DNA of 63,039 nucleotides, filler included, from Reticulomyxa filosa (lineage: Eukaryota; Protista; Foraminifera), in assembly GCA_000512085.1 (NCBI GenBank). It is 24 parts of 24 records of this genome, joined end to end, with 100 filler letters (N's around TTAATTAATTAA, not from the genome) between each part and the next. Parts side by side here need not be neighbours in the genome. Positions count along the whole stretch, not along the records: positions 33,986 to 39,425 come from ASPP01024120.1; positions 39,526 to 41,088 come from ASPP01035734.1; positions 41,189 to 42,385 come from ASPP01006782.1; positions 42,486 to 48,493 come from ASPP01008333.1; positions 48,594 to 49,625 come from ASPP01026068.1; positions 49,726 to 51,943 come from ASPP01013561.1; 18 more parts are not named here. One strand, written 5' to 3'. The first letter of the stretch is position 1; the number at the start of each line of letters is the position of its first letter. The position numbers and the translations under genes were made by a program. Positions 37,146 to 50,912 of this stretch are shown here, piece after piece. Under the pieces are notes generated by a model. It saw only the letters and a list, made by a program, of their open reading frames with translations, was not told where the DNA came from and searched no databases.

Positions 37146-37871
37146 CTACTTTGACGGAAATTTTGCAATAAGCACTTTCATGGCTTCATCGAAATTCCAC
37201 TGGCAACTCTCTAAAATGCCTCGGACCTGTTCTTGCGTTGCAGAGGAGAAAGAGCCGCAGAGCCACCCGGCCTTATACTCGCGCAGGTCGACACTGCTTT
37301 CTTTCAGCTTCAAAATAGTGCATTCCAAATCACACAATTGCTGCATGAAGCCGACATTAGGCTTGACGTCTCCCTTTATCGAGCGCACTTTCTCCAACGC
37401 ACGTTTCAAAGGCATGTTCTGCGACTGCATGTAATACGTCAGAATTGTACTCACGGAACGACTGCGACTATTGTTCATCAGACAGCAAACTCCTAGTGCA
37501 CATGCGCACGTGCGCGTATGTGTAGGCCAACATGTTTTAACCCAAAAAAAAAAAAAAGTCTATGTGTCGAACCCGACGTTGCAATGCACCAAAATAGTTT
37601 CTTTTGAGCTTTCCAAGGTTTCGTGGAGAAACGTGGCGACGCATCGACACGTCGGAATGATGTTGTCCACTCCGTTGTCCGGAATCGGTCGGTAAAAAAT
37701 ACTAAAATTGCTCAATTGCTCCGCGGTCGGAATATGACTTTTGTCATTGCTCAAGTTGACAATTGTTGAAATCTTCAGTTTTTTCAGTAGGTCTGTTTTT
37801 GTCGTTGCAAAATAACCAGACAAATACAGTCTCGGCTCTAATTGGTATAGTCCTTTTGCTCTGTTAGTCAT
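37146..37871 (-). CDS. Dual-specificity protein phosphatase with C-terminal CUE/UBA-like domain (2 exons)
   Basis: PRLYLSG, IPDN (general acid loop), catalytic HCNVG|RSRS split by a GT-AG intron (about 37470-37572) and KPNVGFMQQL. The tail is FSSATQEQVRGILESCQWNFDEAMKVL. Confidence 0.9.
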
Positions 37872-39525
37872 CAATGTTATAAGAGATATACTTTCCTCTT
37901 TTTTGTCAAAATTCAAAACCAAAAGTATATATATATAACTTGGCTTCTTCCACAACTTTTTGCTCTTCACCTAATTCCGCCATGTTGATGATATAAGATC
38001 GTTCCCCTTCCTTTTTTTTTTTTAGTTTTGTTGTCTGCACGAAGACCGTGTTGTTTTTTTTGGTTTTCGTAATGTCTCAGAATAAAGTTGTATATTGTTA
38101 CTGTTGTAAAAATAGTGATCCATTTGATGAAATTGTGAAAGAATGGCTTAGGAGGGAGGGGGGGGGGAAAAAAAGAATTGAATTGTGGTGACAATATAAG
38201 AAAACAAATGTGTTTAAAATGTGATAGCAAGGAGAGAAAAACACTTTCAGTTACTTCGACCAGTCTACTCAGCGCGTTCACAAAGCAACAAACGACCATA
38301 CTCTCTTAAACTCCGCACTTTTAAAAAATGAATTAGAGCTCCAAACAAGTGAAAACAGCCAAAAAAAGGAAAAAAAAAAAGAATCATTTCATATAATTTG
38401 CAAATGATAGTTTAATCTTTGGAGTAGATGGCCGAGAACTTTGAAAACAGAAAAAAAAAAAAAAAAGGAGAGGGTTTTATGTACAAATTTACTATCCAAA
38501 AACACTCACCAAGCAGCAAAAAGAAAACAAAAAACAATAACAAAAAAAAAGCGAGTCCCAATTGCAACACCAATTCAAAAGTGGGTTGCTTTGGTAGTGA
38601 ATAATTTGGTTTTGTCCACCTCAAAAGCTGTCAAACTATTTCAACCAAAATACGTATACTTTGGAAACACGAAAAAAAAAAGGAGATGCGAACATCAAAA
38701 CAGCAAACTCAAAAAAACAAAAGGAAAGAGAAAAGTGTAAAAGTGCAAAGGAAGGGGAGCACAGAATGATTGATTGCAAGGACTATGAAAAAAGTGTGTT
38801 TTGTGTTTATGTGTGTCACGACACTTGGAAAAGAAGAGAGAGAGAGATAAGGAAGATGAGAATAAAAACACATTAATGGACGCACACACACACACACACA
38901 TACAAGTTAGCGATTCTTGCGTGTTGTATATGTTGTAAGCCTGTTGATTACTTTGCAGCTGCAGTATCATCTTCACTGTCTTTGGTTTTGTGCGACTGAG
39001 GAGAACATTTCATCCACATGCACGCATATGTATATGTTTGGATATTAAAAAAAAAAAAAAACGTACAGTTTGACTTTGGGAAGGCAAGGGCCCATGTTTC
39101 AAAGGAGCAGTGCGTGGATAAGAAATGTGTTCGGGCAATTCCGGGGTTTGCTCCATCGGCGGCATGAGGACATCTGTTCCGTCGTGTAGCGTGAATGCCT
39201 CCTCAACGATGCGTTCCAACTCGGTTTCCGGATTGCGTGTGAAAGGGTCGTGAGGTGTCAAAGGCGGAATAGGGTCATGTGTCACACCACTGTTGCGTGG
39301 ATTCATATCATAGCTATCTTTGTCCGCCGTTAATTCGTTGCCATTGCCATGTTTTTTTTGTTCTCTGTTCCCATTTTCATATGCTGTTGTTGTTGATGTT
39401 GTTGATGTTGTTGATGTTGTTGATGNNNNNNNNNNNNNNNNNNNNNNNNNNNNNNNNNNNNNNNNNNNNTTAATTAATTAANNNNNNNNNNNNNNNNNNN
39501 NNNNNNNNNNNNNNNNNNNNNNNNN

Positions 39526-41088
39526 ACATAAAGGAAATACTCGATATGCGTACTGGGCTAATTGATCTCCGCCAAACCATTCTTCCTCCTGTTTACTGAG
39601 TTTACGCTTGCGATAGGGATTGCATGCAGCAAGGATTTTAATCTCATCTGGTATTTTGATTCCATCAAGAGAACGATTGCAAATTAATTCATTGAACCAG
39701 CCAATATCAGGTGAAGTATTGAATTCATCCAAGAAAAGCCAAATTTCTTTCGGATTACGTTGGGATTCATTTTCTTTCGATTCAACCATGTTTTCCATTG
39801 ATTTTAATCTTTCTTTGCATTTCTTAATAACTTCATGAATATGAGTTCTGCCAATGCCTCCATGAATGTCAACAGCTTCCAATTCAGTGTTAGTTGCGCA
39901 TGCAAGGCATTTTATTAATGCGGTCTTTCCACATCCTGTTTCTCCCATCAACACAGTTGGAAGATTGGATCGAACATTGAGAATGATATTTACCATTTTC
40001 AAAATATTGTCATAAGTCAACACGTAATGTTTGAATTCCCCTTCGCATAATTTCTTTGTTATTGCGTCCTTCTTTTCTTTTGGAACTCCTACTGATCGAC
40101 ATAATACTTCAATTCGTTTTTTTTTTTCTTCGAGAATATCTTCGTTGGATGGAATCTTGATCGTTGACCCCTATCACATATGTGATTACATTTATTTGTT
40201 TATTTATTTATCTATTCGAAACATATACGTTAACAGTAATCCATTTCCATAATCGTTGCAATTTGTTCATCTCTTCTTTCCAACAAAGTAGGACAAAGTT
40301 TGTCTTTTTCAAAAACTCACGCTCTTCATCTTTCATATCATTTTCGTTGGAAATCATCAATGAGATGGATCCTTTTTCACATCACACATTCTTCAATTTT
40401 TTTTTAAAAAAAAACATATTAGCATATCAGAGATTATTTTTTTGCAATTCTAGTTACCGTCTTGGTTAATCAGAAAGAATTTGGAAGATTGCCATTTTTT
40501 GCACAAGCAAAATTGGGTATCATTTTCCTTGGCACTTGCATCTGTAAAAAATAATTCTTTGGCAATTTCGATTGCATTTTTGGTTGCCTCGTGCTTGTAT
40601 TGAATAGAATGATTGTAAACGCGTCTATTTACAAGTGATTTGGAGTCGACCAAAATTTTAAATTGTGTGAATAAGAAATTGAAGAATATGGTGTAATGTA
40701 AAGGACTTTGTCGTATCGATGGTGCGAATCGATTGAAAAAAGATTTCATAAAATCGTTACAATTTGTAGTAGATAAGTCATTTATTGTATCTGGATTAAT
40801 GTCAGGCGTCTCAGGGGAGGAAGGAGTTGACCATAGGAAACCTGGCTTTATAAGCCTGTTGAAGAAAAATAAAAAAAAGGTAATAAGAATTCAATGCAAA
40901 AAAAAAGATATCAACAAAATTCCCACCTTAATTTTTCAGCTTGAAATTCTTTGATCCATTTGATGCAATATTGCGCTTCTTCTCCAAATTGAAATGGATT
41001 ATTGTCCTTATCTATGTTGATCGTTGGAAATGCTGATTTGGAAGATAGAGTGTACAAAATGTCTGCTGCAGTATATTGAAATGAATCA
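39526..41088 (-). CDS. RNF213 (mysterin)-like AAA+ ATPase, internal fragment, spliced
   Basis: YVLTYDNILKM, PTVLMGETGCGKT, DIHGG, LFLDEFNT, ILAACNPYRK and YRVFPL match the RNF213 AAA module motifs in order. Confidence 0.85.
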
Positions 41089-41249
41089 NNNNNNNNNNNN
41101 NNNNNNNNNNNNNNNNNNNNNNNNNNNNNNNNTTAATTAATTAANNNNNNNNNNNNNNNNNNNNNNNNNNNNNNNNNNNNNNNNNNNNTTGCCTCCATCA
41201 AATTTTTTACAATCATTTCATTTTATCTTTTTGCAAATTTAAAAAAAAA

Positions 41250-42361
41250 AGTGAGTGGCTGGCGCAATTGATAGAGGTAAAAATTTCCCATGAAAACAAC
41301 GTGACACTGCTACAATTTGATGAAGATGCAGAGTGTGCAGCATACAATCAAAAGCCGCTGCAATATCCAGTGCCTGTTAAAATTCACTCCACTCTAATAA
41401 GCTATATTGACCGCCTGACGCAGTCGCAAATCATATTATTGAAAACGGCGGCCACAATATGTATAGGACAAAGTTCTGGCTCCATCTTGTTCGATGCTCA
41501 AACTTTAAGTGCATGTTATCCTTTTGAAAATTCTTCTCAGCAGTTTACTACACATTTTTTTAATTTTTTTTAGTTTTTATTTTTTTTATTTTATAAGTTA
41601 CGTATACACAAAAAGACTCAAAGCAGATTTGGAGCACTTATGTCAACACGGTATAATTCGTCGCTATTATTCTATAACCAGTGACTACCACTGTAGTGAG
41701 CCAAATATATTTCCACATAATCACACTTGGATGCAACAAAGCGTATTTCTTTCCTCCATATTCGACGTCGCTTGTATTGCCAAAGACAGTAATCCTTCCA
41801 ATAACCTCATCTTTTCATATAAATTGGTACACTTTTTTCTCAATCGGTTGGAACTCTTTCCATTTCATGTGGACAACGGAACAGTGACGTACTTATCTAC
41901 GTATACATTACTTATACACATATATATGTATAAATAACGTATACGTAGATATTCCTTTTAAACTTTTTTTTTTTTTTTTTTTTTTAAAAAAAAAGGAGTG
42001 GGGACGAAAAAAAGTGATCCCCTTGAACGATCCATTTAAACCAGTTACTTTAGAAAGAAAGAAGGTGGAAGTACTATTGATCAAGAATGATCAAACGCAA
42101 TGTTTTTTACGAGGGTCGCAAGAAGCCATTGACGAATGGTTCAAAGTATTAAATGAATCATTGGAAAGTGGGATGATGACTGCTGAACAAGAAGCAGATC
42201 TAACCATCCAAATCGAGCCTGGCAACGATATGTACGGATTTTGTTGTGGCTTCTTCAGGGACGTCATTTATGGTCAGATGCTTTTAAAACAGAGGCAGCA
42301 CTTACATGAGAGATGCGCAAGGATCATCCAGTCTAAATACAAATTATCTGAAGACACGTAA
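41250..42361 (+). CDS. C-terminal part of a soluble-adenylyl-cyclase-type STAND ATPase (helical/WH region) with an inserted PH-like domain
   Basis: VPVKIHSTLISYIDRLTQSQIILLKTAATICIG, LEHLCQHGII and YGFCCGFFRDVIYGQMLLKQRQHLHERCA. The insert ends EAIDEWFKVLNESL. Confidence 0.65.
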
Positions 42362-42615
42362 TGTCTACGTTTTTTTTTTTTTTTTNNNNNNNNNNNNNNN
42401 NNNNNNNNNNNNNNNNNNNNNNNNNNNNNTTAATTAATTAANNNNNNNNNNNNNNNNNNNNNNNNNNNNNNNNNNNNNNNNNNNNATTTAAATTATGAAT
42501 TAGAACAATGTTACAACTGCGAATAGTTGTTGTATCCAAAACAACAAAACATCGCATAATAAACAACCCACACAACGACAATTAAAATCAACAATCCTCC
42601 AAGTGAAAATGCAGG

Positions 42616-44165
42616 CTAAGTCACGGTAAATGAATCATTTCCATTCTGCTTCCAAATCTTTTCCCAATCCCATTGAAAGGAAAATTGACAAAGATATTTT
42701 TTTGGAGCAATATAACTCCGATAGACCGCAGGACATTCGCTTGCTTCTTTCTTCAGTAAAGTATTTACCATCAAGTTATGAAGGTTTTCACAAACAGTTT
42801 TGAGAGATTGCAGCTCGTATTGTGTGATCTCTTCGAATACTTCCTCTGACTATTGTACAAAAGATGTTTAATTTTACATGATGGCACAGTCGCTATGGAA
42901 ACAAGTTATAATTTAAAAAAAGAAACAGTACCACTTCAAAATCAGGACATTGCTTTATGCATAAATAAAGAATGGCCGATGCAAGTTCACTGGGTAACAC
43001 GATCAAGGAAAATTGGTCCATGGAGGCAATACAAAATAACATCTGTTTTGCAGATTTTTAAATAATTACATCTAATTAGTTTTAAAAAAAGTAAAAAAAA
43101 AGGCAAGAAATGCATTCATACATAAGCCATAGTTTTGTGTTGTTGACAAGCGCTCAATATTTGCATCCAAACAGACAAAAAATCCAATGACGTTACTTCA
43201 AGCATACAAAATTCGAGTTCATTTAACATTAGTGCTTCCATTGCACATACTTTTTGAGCGTCATAATGATCATGACAAATATAAACCCATTCTTCCACCA
43301 TTGGTGGTGAAATTTCATATACCTTGGAGGCTAACATTAGTGCAGTCACTCCAACCAATTGTAATTTATTTCGATTTACTCGTAATTTTGATAAAGTACG
43401 ATCAGTGTATTTTATTGCCAAGGCAATGGTCTCATGAGATAGCCTGTACTTTTGCATTATCTCAATGAACCAGTCTATCAATACTGAACGCATTTTCCAT
43501 GTAATCTCGACTTGCAAAGTCTCTGCATAACTTGAGTCAATTTGCTCCTGATATCTTGTCTATCATATTCACACATGAGGGCAGTTATTCTGAACCTCTT
43601 AAAAGTTTTTTTTGTTGCCGTACGGCACTGCTTCACTCACCTCTGTATCTTTTAGTGTTTCAATGATTTCTTCGTAGTAGCAAAACGCTTGATCTTTTTC
43701 AGATAGCATTTCTAGTTTTGCATTTAATTTACTCCTTGCAGGAGAAAGTGAATCATCGTTTTGTGACTTAACATGATTGTCACTTTCTTCTTTACTTTCA
43801 AAATTTGAACATCTAAAATCATCAATAAATACACGAGGGGTAACATTTTCTTTGTAGCTTAAATCTTTTTGTTCCGAATATCTTCTCTAAATCGTACAGC
43901 ATAATTTTCGATACATTTTATTTTCTTTTTTATAGACAAAAAATAAATACACTTAATAAACCGGGATATCTTTATTAGAATGTTTCGTGAGTCCCCTCAA
44001 ATTATTGGTCCTGTCACTCAAAGGTAGTTTTTTCTGGTTACTATCCTTATCGCAGATGTTTTTGTGACCTTGCACTTTCTTATTCTCACGTATGTTTTTG
44101 TCAACAGTTTCATATTGTTTAATTTTTTTTTTGCGCTGAAAATTTGACAAAAATCTTTGTCGCAT
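42616..44165 (-). CDS. A/B-type mitotic cyclin (multi-exon)
   Basis: Cyclin box MRSVLIDWFIEI...ETIALAIKYTDRTL...KLQLVGVTALMLASKVYEISPP...MEALMLNELEF, and a D-box-like KLPLSDRTN near the N-terminus. Confidence 0.93.
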
Positions 44166-45055
44166 GTATTGTTGTGAATTGTTGATTTTACAGGAAAAGA
44201 GAAAAAATATTAAGAATCGCTTGACGTTGAGGCTTATGAAACTGATCATTCGTAAGCCTAAAACTAGAAATAGCTTTTTGTAAAGATTGAGAAGTAAATG
44301 CGAAAATGTAATCCTATTATAAACTAAAATATCTTTGAATAGATTTGTTTCATTTTGTAGTTATAATTTTTGCATAACTCACCTATTTTTGGTAAGACTC
44401 CAAGAGTGTTAAAAAAAAAGGTGAACGCGCATATGATTGAAGCAGTTAAAGTGATTATCCATTTTATTAATTTATCATTTCTAATTCCGTCAGTTTATTA
44501 AAAGTGAAGACTATAATTGCAGACTCTGACAGTTGTTTGACGAACAAACACAATGGGAAAGCCATATTCTTTTCTTTTTATTGGTCAATATCTTGAGTTT
44601 ACCTGCTCGATTTGAAAACGCTAATGTGTGGCTTCTTTTTTTCATCTTATGGACGAATTTCACTACCTTCCAGGAATTTACATTTTTATTACGGTTGCTC
44701 TTCTTGCTTTTGAAAATTTATTTTTACCAGTCATTTTTTATCTGGTCTATTCCTTTTAAATTTTTTTTTCGGTTCATTTTTCGAACTTTCTTTTCGTTGA
44801 ACTTCATTGAAATAACAATATATGCAGAAGTAAATATTGAAATGAAAATGAAAAGAAAATCAAGTACTGTTCAAAAAAAATTGGCAATCAACTTTCATGT
44901 GTGCACAAAAAAAAGTATCCGATTGAAGAAAGCAAATTGTGGACAATTTATTCGTTTAAACGAATTATTGGACCGAAAACCGAACAAATTTTAGTATCGT
45001 GCAAAGATTAAACATTGCACTAGGAAGAAGGAAAAAAAGAGGGTTGAAGTAATGA

Positions 45056-46648
45056 TTATTTATGGCTATTCTTGGTGTGATGGGAGACTTTACTATCACA
45101 AGTGCTGGCTAAAACTAGACATTCTGCATTTCTATATTCGGTGATTAGTTCATTGTACTTCGTCAAATCCTGGGTTAGGTGTATGTTGACATCAACATTA
45201 CTCTTAAGCAATTGTTCCATTCCAGCAATGATTCCTTGTTTAATAATCACCTATTACAAAAGGTGATGTTTTATAGAAAACACACGTTCATACATATTCT
45301 TTTTTTTTTTAATATGCATATATAATATATATCTATACGTATAATACGTATATACAACATAATGAAAAAAACAAAACAAAACTTGGATAGATTCGTCCCA
45401 GTGATCATCAAATCCGTGCAATATGACATGAATAGGCAACAAGGGAATATCTTTGTGACAAAGATCAACACAATCATCTTTTTCACAATCGGACTTGTCA
45501 CCATCCGCAGCTGCGACGGATGTGCGGAGCAAGAGACGAGTGACATGAGCGTGCCAAGGTGCTCGTTTTGGTCTCACAATGCGACCAAGTCTTTCGGTAT
45601 TGCCACAAGACAAATGAAATGCCGGTTCAAACTGTTTTTGCTTGGAGTGATAAAGCAATGGATTTGGTAACGTCCAATGGCACTCGGCCAATGACGTGTA
45701 GCCAAGATCATACAACGGACAATACTTAATTTTGTATTGTAATAAAAAATTCCAAATGTGTCCAAATTCCCATTCTAACAATGGGTTTATGCGAATTATG
45801 TCAGGCCATCCATCCGAACAATGGCATCGCACATCCATTTTATCACATCCTGGATCACTGCGTCTTTGCCCCATCAGTATGGCTTTGCAGTGTTCGTTAT
45901 GATTCTCCAGATACTCTTCCAATCCACTTTTGTAGTCGCTCAATGTTTGGAATAAGGGAAATTTGTATCTATTCAAACCAAGGCCAAGAAAATTTGTGGT
46001 CCGAGAAAATTCCTGAAATTTTTTGGCTCTTTTGTGCACGAGCATTATTATCATTACTATTTAATTTTTTTTTTTTTTTTTTATAAAAGGCCACGTGCAA
46101 AATCAAGATTCAATCACAAAAACTCACTTTTTAACACATTCGAAAAGGAATTGCTTCAGTTGTGGGAACTCGTCTTCTCTTTGAAACCAAATGATTGGCA
46201 AATTTGTTGTTTGGTAGTATTTAATCGCATCCAAGGTTGTCTTTTCATCACTTGGACCTTTACTCTCTGTTGATGAGGTCTTTTCATTTCGGAGCAATGC
46301 TAATGCTACACGGATACAATGCAGCAATACCAGACAGTCTTTTCCTCCATTGAACGAAAATGCCAGTTTTTCCAATCTTTATCCCCAATTGTTTTTAGTT
46401 ATTTTCTCTCTTGTTCGTGACAAAAGATAGCCAAAAAAAAAAAAAAGTATATGTATGTGTACATATCACTCAAAAGTTGATTACTTGTATTCAGAAATAA
46501 CCGTTTTAATGAGCCCGACTGCTGTCAAAGACCTCATATCATTCTGTTTTTTCATTTGTTCGTATAATTCTAATTCTTCCACGTCATCAAACACTAAATC
46601 TGTGTCATATGGTATGGTGAAATTATTTTGAGAAACCTCAGCCGTCAT
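45056..46648 (-). CDS. FAD1: FAD synthetase (FMN adenylyltransferase, PAPS-reductase family), multi-exon
   Basis: SFNGGKDCLVLL (PP-loop), ILMGQRRSDP, GWPDIIRINPLLEW, YCPLYDLGYTSL, TLPNPLL and ERLGR. Confidence 0.92.
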
Positions 46649-47643
46649 AATATCATAAATATATATCGATGACAAAGAGTTAAGGACATTTTATATATAT
46701 TAAAAAAAAAGGGAACCTTCAAGTCGTAAACCAATTTTTAAACATTTAATTTGTTAATTCATTGACATAAATCTAGTTTTATGTTTAATTTAATTTTTCC
46801 TATCTCATTGCTTTGAAGGGAATTAGTTACTTTACTTTTATCGGTCTTGTCTGTTGAGTGGCAATAGCCAAACGCGTACGAAAATATATAACAGCTATTT
46901 TGTTATGTCTGTTCTTTAGGAACAGTGAGCAAGATTAAGTGTTATACGAAAGTAACACAATTATTACAACAAAACAAAGAAAAAAGTGAAACAAGAGATG
47001 AAGTTTAGCACATTGAGGCTCCAAATCTCCCTTAGAACTTTGACACGTTTTTCTGCAACTATTGTATGTGCACGTACTATTTCCACATGACTATTTTATT
47101 ATTTTTTTGCTTCAAGAAAATCACTAAAACTTAAAATTTGTTCAAAAAATTAGCATATATAATTAAAAATTTAATTCGTACGCTTGATACATTTAAACAA
47201 AATATTTTAATTAAGTGTTGATTTTTCATGAAGTAAGTCAATATCTATAAGATGTTATTTTATTTTTTGTCAAACTGTACTTCAACAGACAAAGTAACTC
47301 AATTAAGATATCCATGCACACAAGTAATTGTCGGGCATTACACATGTTAAGAAATGATATTTTTGTTATTTAGTATAATTTGATATTACTGTCGTTTGTT
47401 TGAATAATGTTCTGGGTTTGAAAGCAGAGTCAACGGGTAAATATGACTGCACTGTCAAAATTTTAGTATTTTTTGTTTTTGTTTTTTTATCTTTGTAAAA
47501 GTGCACAGCAAAACGGGAAGCATACAGTTGTTTTTTTTGAAGTAACCCAATCACGGACACATTTGCATAATTGACATTGTCCCAAAGCATTTCCATCAAA
47601 GACCAAAAATAAAGCAAGCGTAGAAAGCGCAAGATAGTACGAA

Positions 47644-48380
47644 ATGAAAGTAATCCTCGCATCTTCAGGGATTTGCTTTGAAGTGAATATCGACGCGGAG
47701 CAAACGTAATTTGTTTGTGTTGTTTGGTTTTGTTGGATAAGGGGTATGAGAGTAAAAAAAAAAAAAAAAAAAGTGGAGAAGATTTAAAGCAAGCATTAGC
47801 AGTGGAAACGAGCATATCAATGAAAAATCAGATATTGTTTACATGTGAAGGTATTCGAATCCGTGGAGGCACGGTGCTATTGAAAACCTACGAAGGGTTG
47901 ATATTAAAGGAATTGAGTATGGTGTCAATGAGTGAAGAAATGGAAGAAGGCCAAGAAAAAAAAGAGAAAGAAAAAGACAAAGAGAAAGGATATGTATATC
48001 TATTTGATCGAGAGTATATTCGTGATCCAAAAAACAACAGCGAAGATATGTTGATGATAGAGGAGTATCGAGGGAACGAGCCGACATTGAATGAAATGAA
48101 ATCAATAAAAAAAGAGGAAGCGACAACAACGACGACGGCAACGACAGCAATAGCAAATGACGTGGAGAAACATCCATTGAGTAACAGTCCGTCAATACTC
48201 GTCCAAATGTTACCCCAATTTGAACTTCAATTTCAGCACCATTTGTATGTGTGCCAATTCTATCTCAAACAAAATCAAGAGCGAATTGACGCTTGCAAGC
48301 GATGCTTCCAACAATTGAAAAACCAACACAAATCATTACAAGTCTTGGACAAACATCTTATTTCCCTGTCCGAGTTAGTA
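47644..48380 (+). CDS. ATG11: Autophagy protein ATG11/FIP200, 5' portion
   Basis: MKVILASSGICFEV | LKQALAVETSISMKNQILF (ubiquitin-like N-terminus), YLFDREY and HPLSNSPSILVQMLPQFELQFQHH, which resembles the plant ATG11 HPL...LP.YERQF.YH motif. Confidence 0.75.
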
Positions 48381-49299
48381 ATATTTTCAATTCCAAACAT
48401 TTCAAACCGCACATATACATATATGTATACATATATATATATATATATGTATATGCATATGTGAGTATGCCATAGTATATACGATTCATCCACNNNNNNN
48501 NNNNNNNNNNNNNNNNNNNNNNNNNNNNNNNNNNNNNTTAATTAATTAANNNNNNNNNNNNNNNNNNNNNNNNNNNNNNNNNNNNNNNNNNNNCTGAGTT
48601 AAGTAGCTTTTATATTATACTTTTTCAGACCATTGCAAAATAAGAAAAGAGTTACATCTCAAACATTTGTTTGTTTGTTTGTTTGTTGGCTGTGTAATAT
48701 CTGATATCTGCAGATGGGATAATTTTGATGAAAATAAAAAACAATCATATCTCTCTAAACCAGGAAAATGGAAACAGAAAAAACCACAACCGCAAAAGAA
48801 AACAAACTAAACAAAATCTGGATGGAAGAAACAGTTTTTTTGTTAATGGCTCAAAAAAAAACTTCTTTCATGTCGAGTGAATTAATAACAAACTTTTTTT
48901 ATCAAATTTTAAAATAATCAACCTTAAAGATAAATATTAAACTGATGTCGAAATTTTCTGCTTTGAGATGTCAACATCCTTCTTTTGAGGAAATTTTGTT
49001 TCACAAACACAACAAATCAAAACAATACACAAAACACTTTTTTTAAAAAAAAATTAATTTTCATTATGTAGCATTTTTTGCATTTGCGCAAGTCAGTAAT
49101 TTTTGTTATTTTTAAAGCTACATAAAAAAAAATTATCAGCAAAAAAAGTTTTAACAGGTTTTTTTTTAAAAAAAAAAACTCTTGAATAATCTGAAAATAA
49201 AAAAAGTTATAAGGATGGACTTAAGCAGTTCAATCAAAGTTAAGTTCTCTTTATGTTTTTCTTCTTTCTTTTGTTTAACATTTGAATTTACCTGAAACA

Positions 49300-49625
49300 G
49301 ACTAAAGAAGAAGAGATACAAGCAATTACTCGACATTGGATTCGAATATTAGATATTGGATTTGGTTGGATTAAAGATTTTGATAAACTAATTATATATT
49401 ATGTTAAAGTGTTTTTTTTTTTTTTTTTCATATATTATTTTCATAATATAAAAATAAATAAATAGTCAGCTGTATTTATGTTTAATCTATTTCGTTCATC
49501 TTCCAAACTAATTAATACATTCACTGGACATACTGAAGTTGTGTGGAGTATTGATTATTTAGCATTTGATGATGGACAATTCATCTGTTCTGGATCAAAA
49601 GATAAAACAGTTCGTGTATGGGATG
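49300..49625 (+). CDS. WD40-repeat protein of the lineage-expanded foraminiferan type, 5' partial
   Basis: EEEIQAITRHWIRILDIGFGWIKDFDKLIIYY, then SSKLINTFTGHTEVVWSIDY...ICSGSKDKTVRVWD. Confidence 0.85.
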
Positions 49626-49755
49626 NNNNNNNNNNNNNNNNNNNNNNNNNNNNNNNNNNNNNNNNNNNNTTAATTAATTAANNNNNNNNNNNNNNNNNNN
49701 NNNNNNNNNNNNNNNNNNNNNNNNNATATATATATGTATATATTTGTTTCGATAG

Positions 49756-50912
49756 GACCCTTCTGGAGTGTGGACAAATTTGCCTGCTTGCCATCCTCTG
49801 GCTCCAGACTCGATCAAAAAACAAAAAGTGAATGGGGTATGCATCACCATCTTGGACGTGGGCACTGTTGGAATCGCTTTGCCCACGAGCAGCACACGAG
49901 ATGGCGGTGGGAAAAGTAGGAGCAGCAAAGCAAAGAGGAAAAACAGCGGCAAAGGCAGTAAGAAACAAGCCGCCAAAAAGCCAAAGCAGCAAAGAAAGAA
50001 AAAGTCCGAGGAACAAAATAATGACGAGGAAAAAAATGGCGATATCATCGAGCGTGACAGTGAGGACGCTGTTCCCGAAGCCAAGGTTGACACTGCTGTT
50101 ATGAATACAAGTAATAGTAATAGTAATGGCAATGGTGATGGCAACGGTGATGGTGGTAGTAGCAGTAGTAGTAATCTTGTTATCGTTGTCAACGAGCAAT
50201 CCAAAGAAGTAGAGCCCACAAAAGCAAAGGCGATTGAGGACACAAATGTAACAAATGTAACAAATGCAACAAATGTCACAGATGTTGCAAATGTTGCAAA
50301 TGTTGCAAATGTTACGAGTGAGGAAAAGCAAGAATGCGTGCCAATTGAAAACACTACAGCAGCCACAAAAACTAACGACGTTGCTTCCACCAATTCAAAT
50401 GCCGCCCCAAAACGAGGGGTGAAAAGGAGCAGGAAGCCCTCGAATGCGCCAATTGAGGAGGAAGCCACATCCCCACCATCAAAACGTAGGCGTACCACGC
50501 GCAATTCGAAAGTTATGTCAATAAATAGTTTATTTATAAATATATATATATATATATATATATCTTTTTTTAACAAAAAAAAAAAAAAAAAACTAAGAAA
50601 GCAGAGAAAGAAGATCCACTTTTCAAGCCTTCCAGTCAAATAAAACTAAACTCATCCGAAGACAATAATCCACTGCCCGACTTTATTGACATAATGACGG
50701 GGGAGATTGCGCGGCAGCCAACGCTGTCTCCTTATGGACATGTGCTAGGCTACGAAACGTGGTGCAAGATCCTGCGCAACCCTGCGGCCAAGGACACGTG
50801 TCCATTCACAAAACAAAAACTGTCGCGTCGTTCGTTGATTAAATTGAACAAAGAAAATATTGATCTTTATCGAAATTCCATTCGAAATTTCAATGACACG
50901 GAAAAAATGTAA
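49756..50912 (+). CDS. Low-complexity protein with C-terminal U-box-like domain, 3' portion, spliced
   Basis: PLPDFIDIMTGEIARQPTLSPYGHVLGYETWCKIL...DTCPFTKQKL fits the U-box pattern. Confidence 0.65.

Noticed and set aside
2494-42361. An immune gene cluster formed by the NLR, RNF213-like, CAP and STAND genes
   Set aside because: They lie on different contigs separated by artificial spacers, so no linkage can be inferred.
49674-50639. 321-aa hydrophobic minus-strand ORF (likewise 62202..62804 + and 3084..3808 +)
   Set aside because: These are antisense shadows of low-complexity or WD40 coding sequence on the opposite strand.
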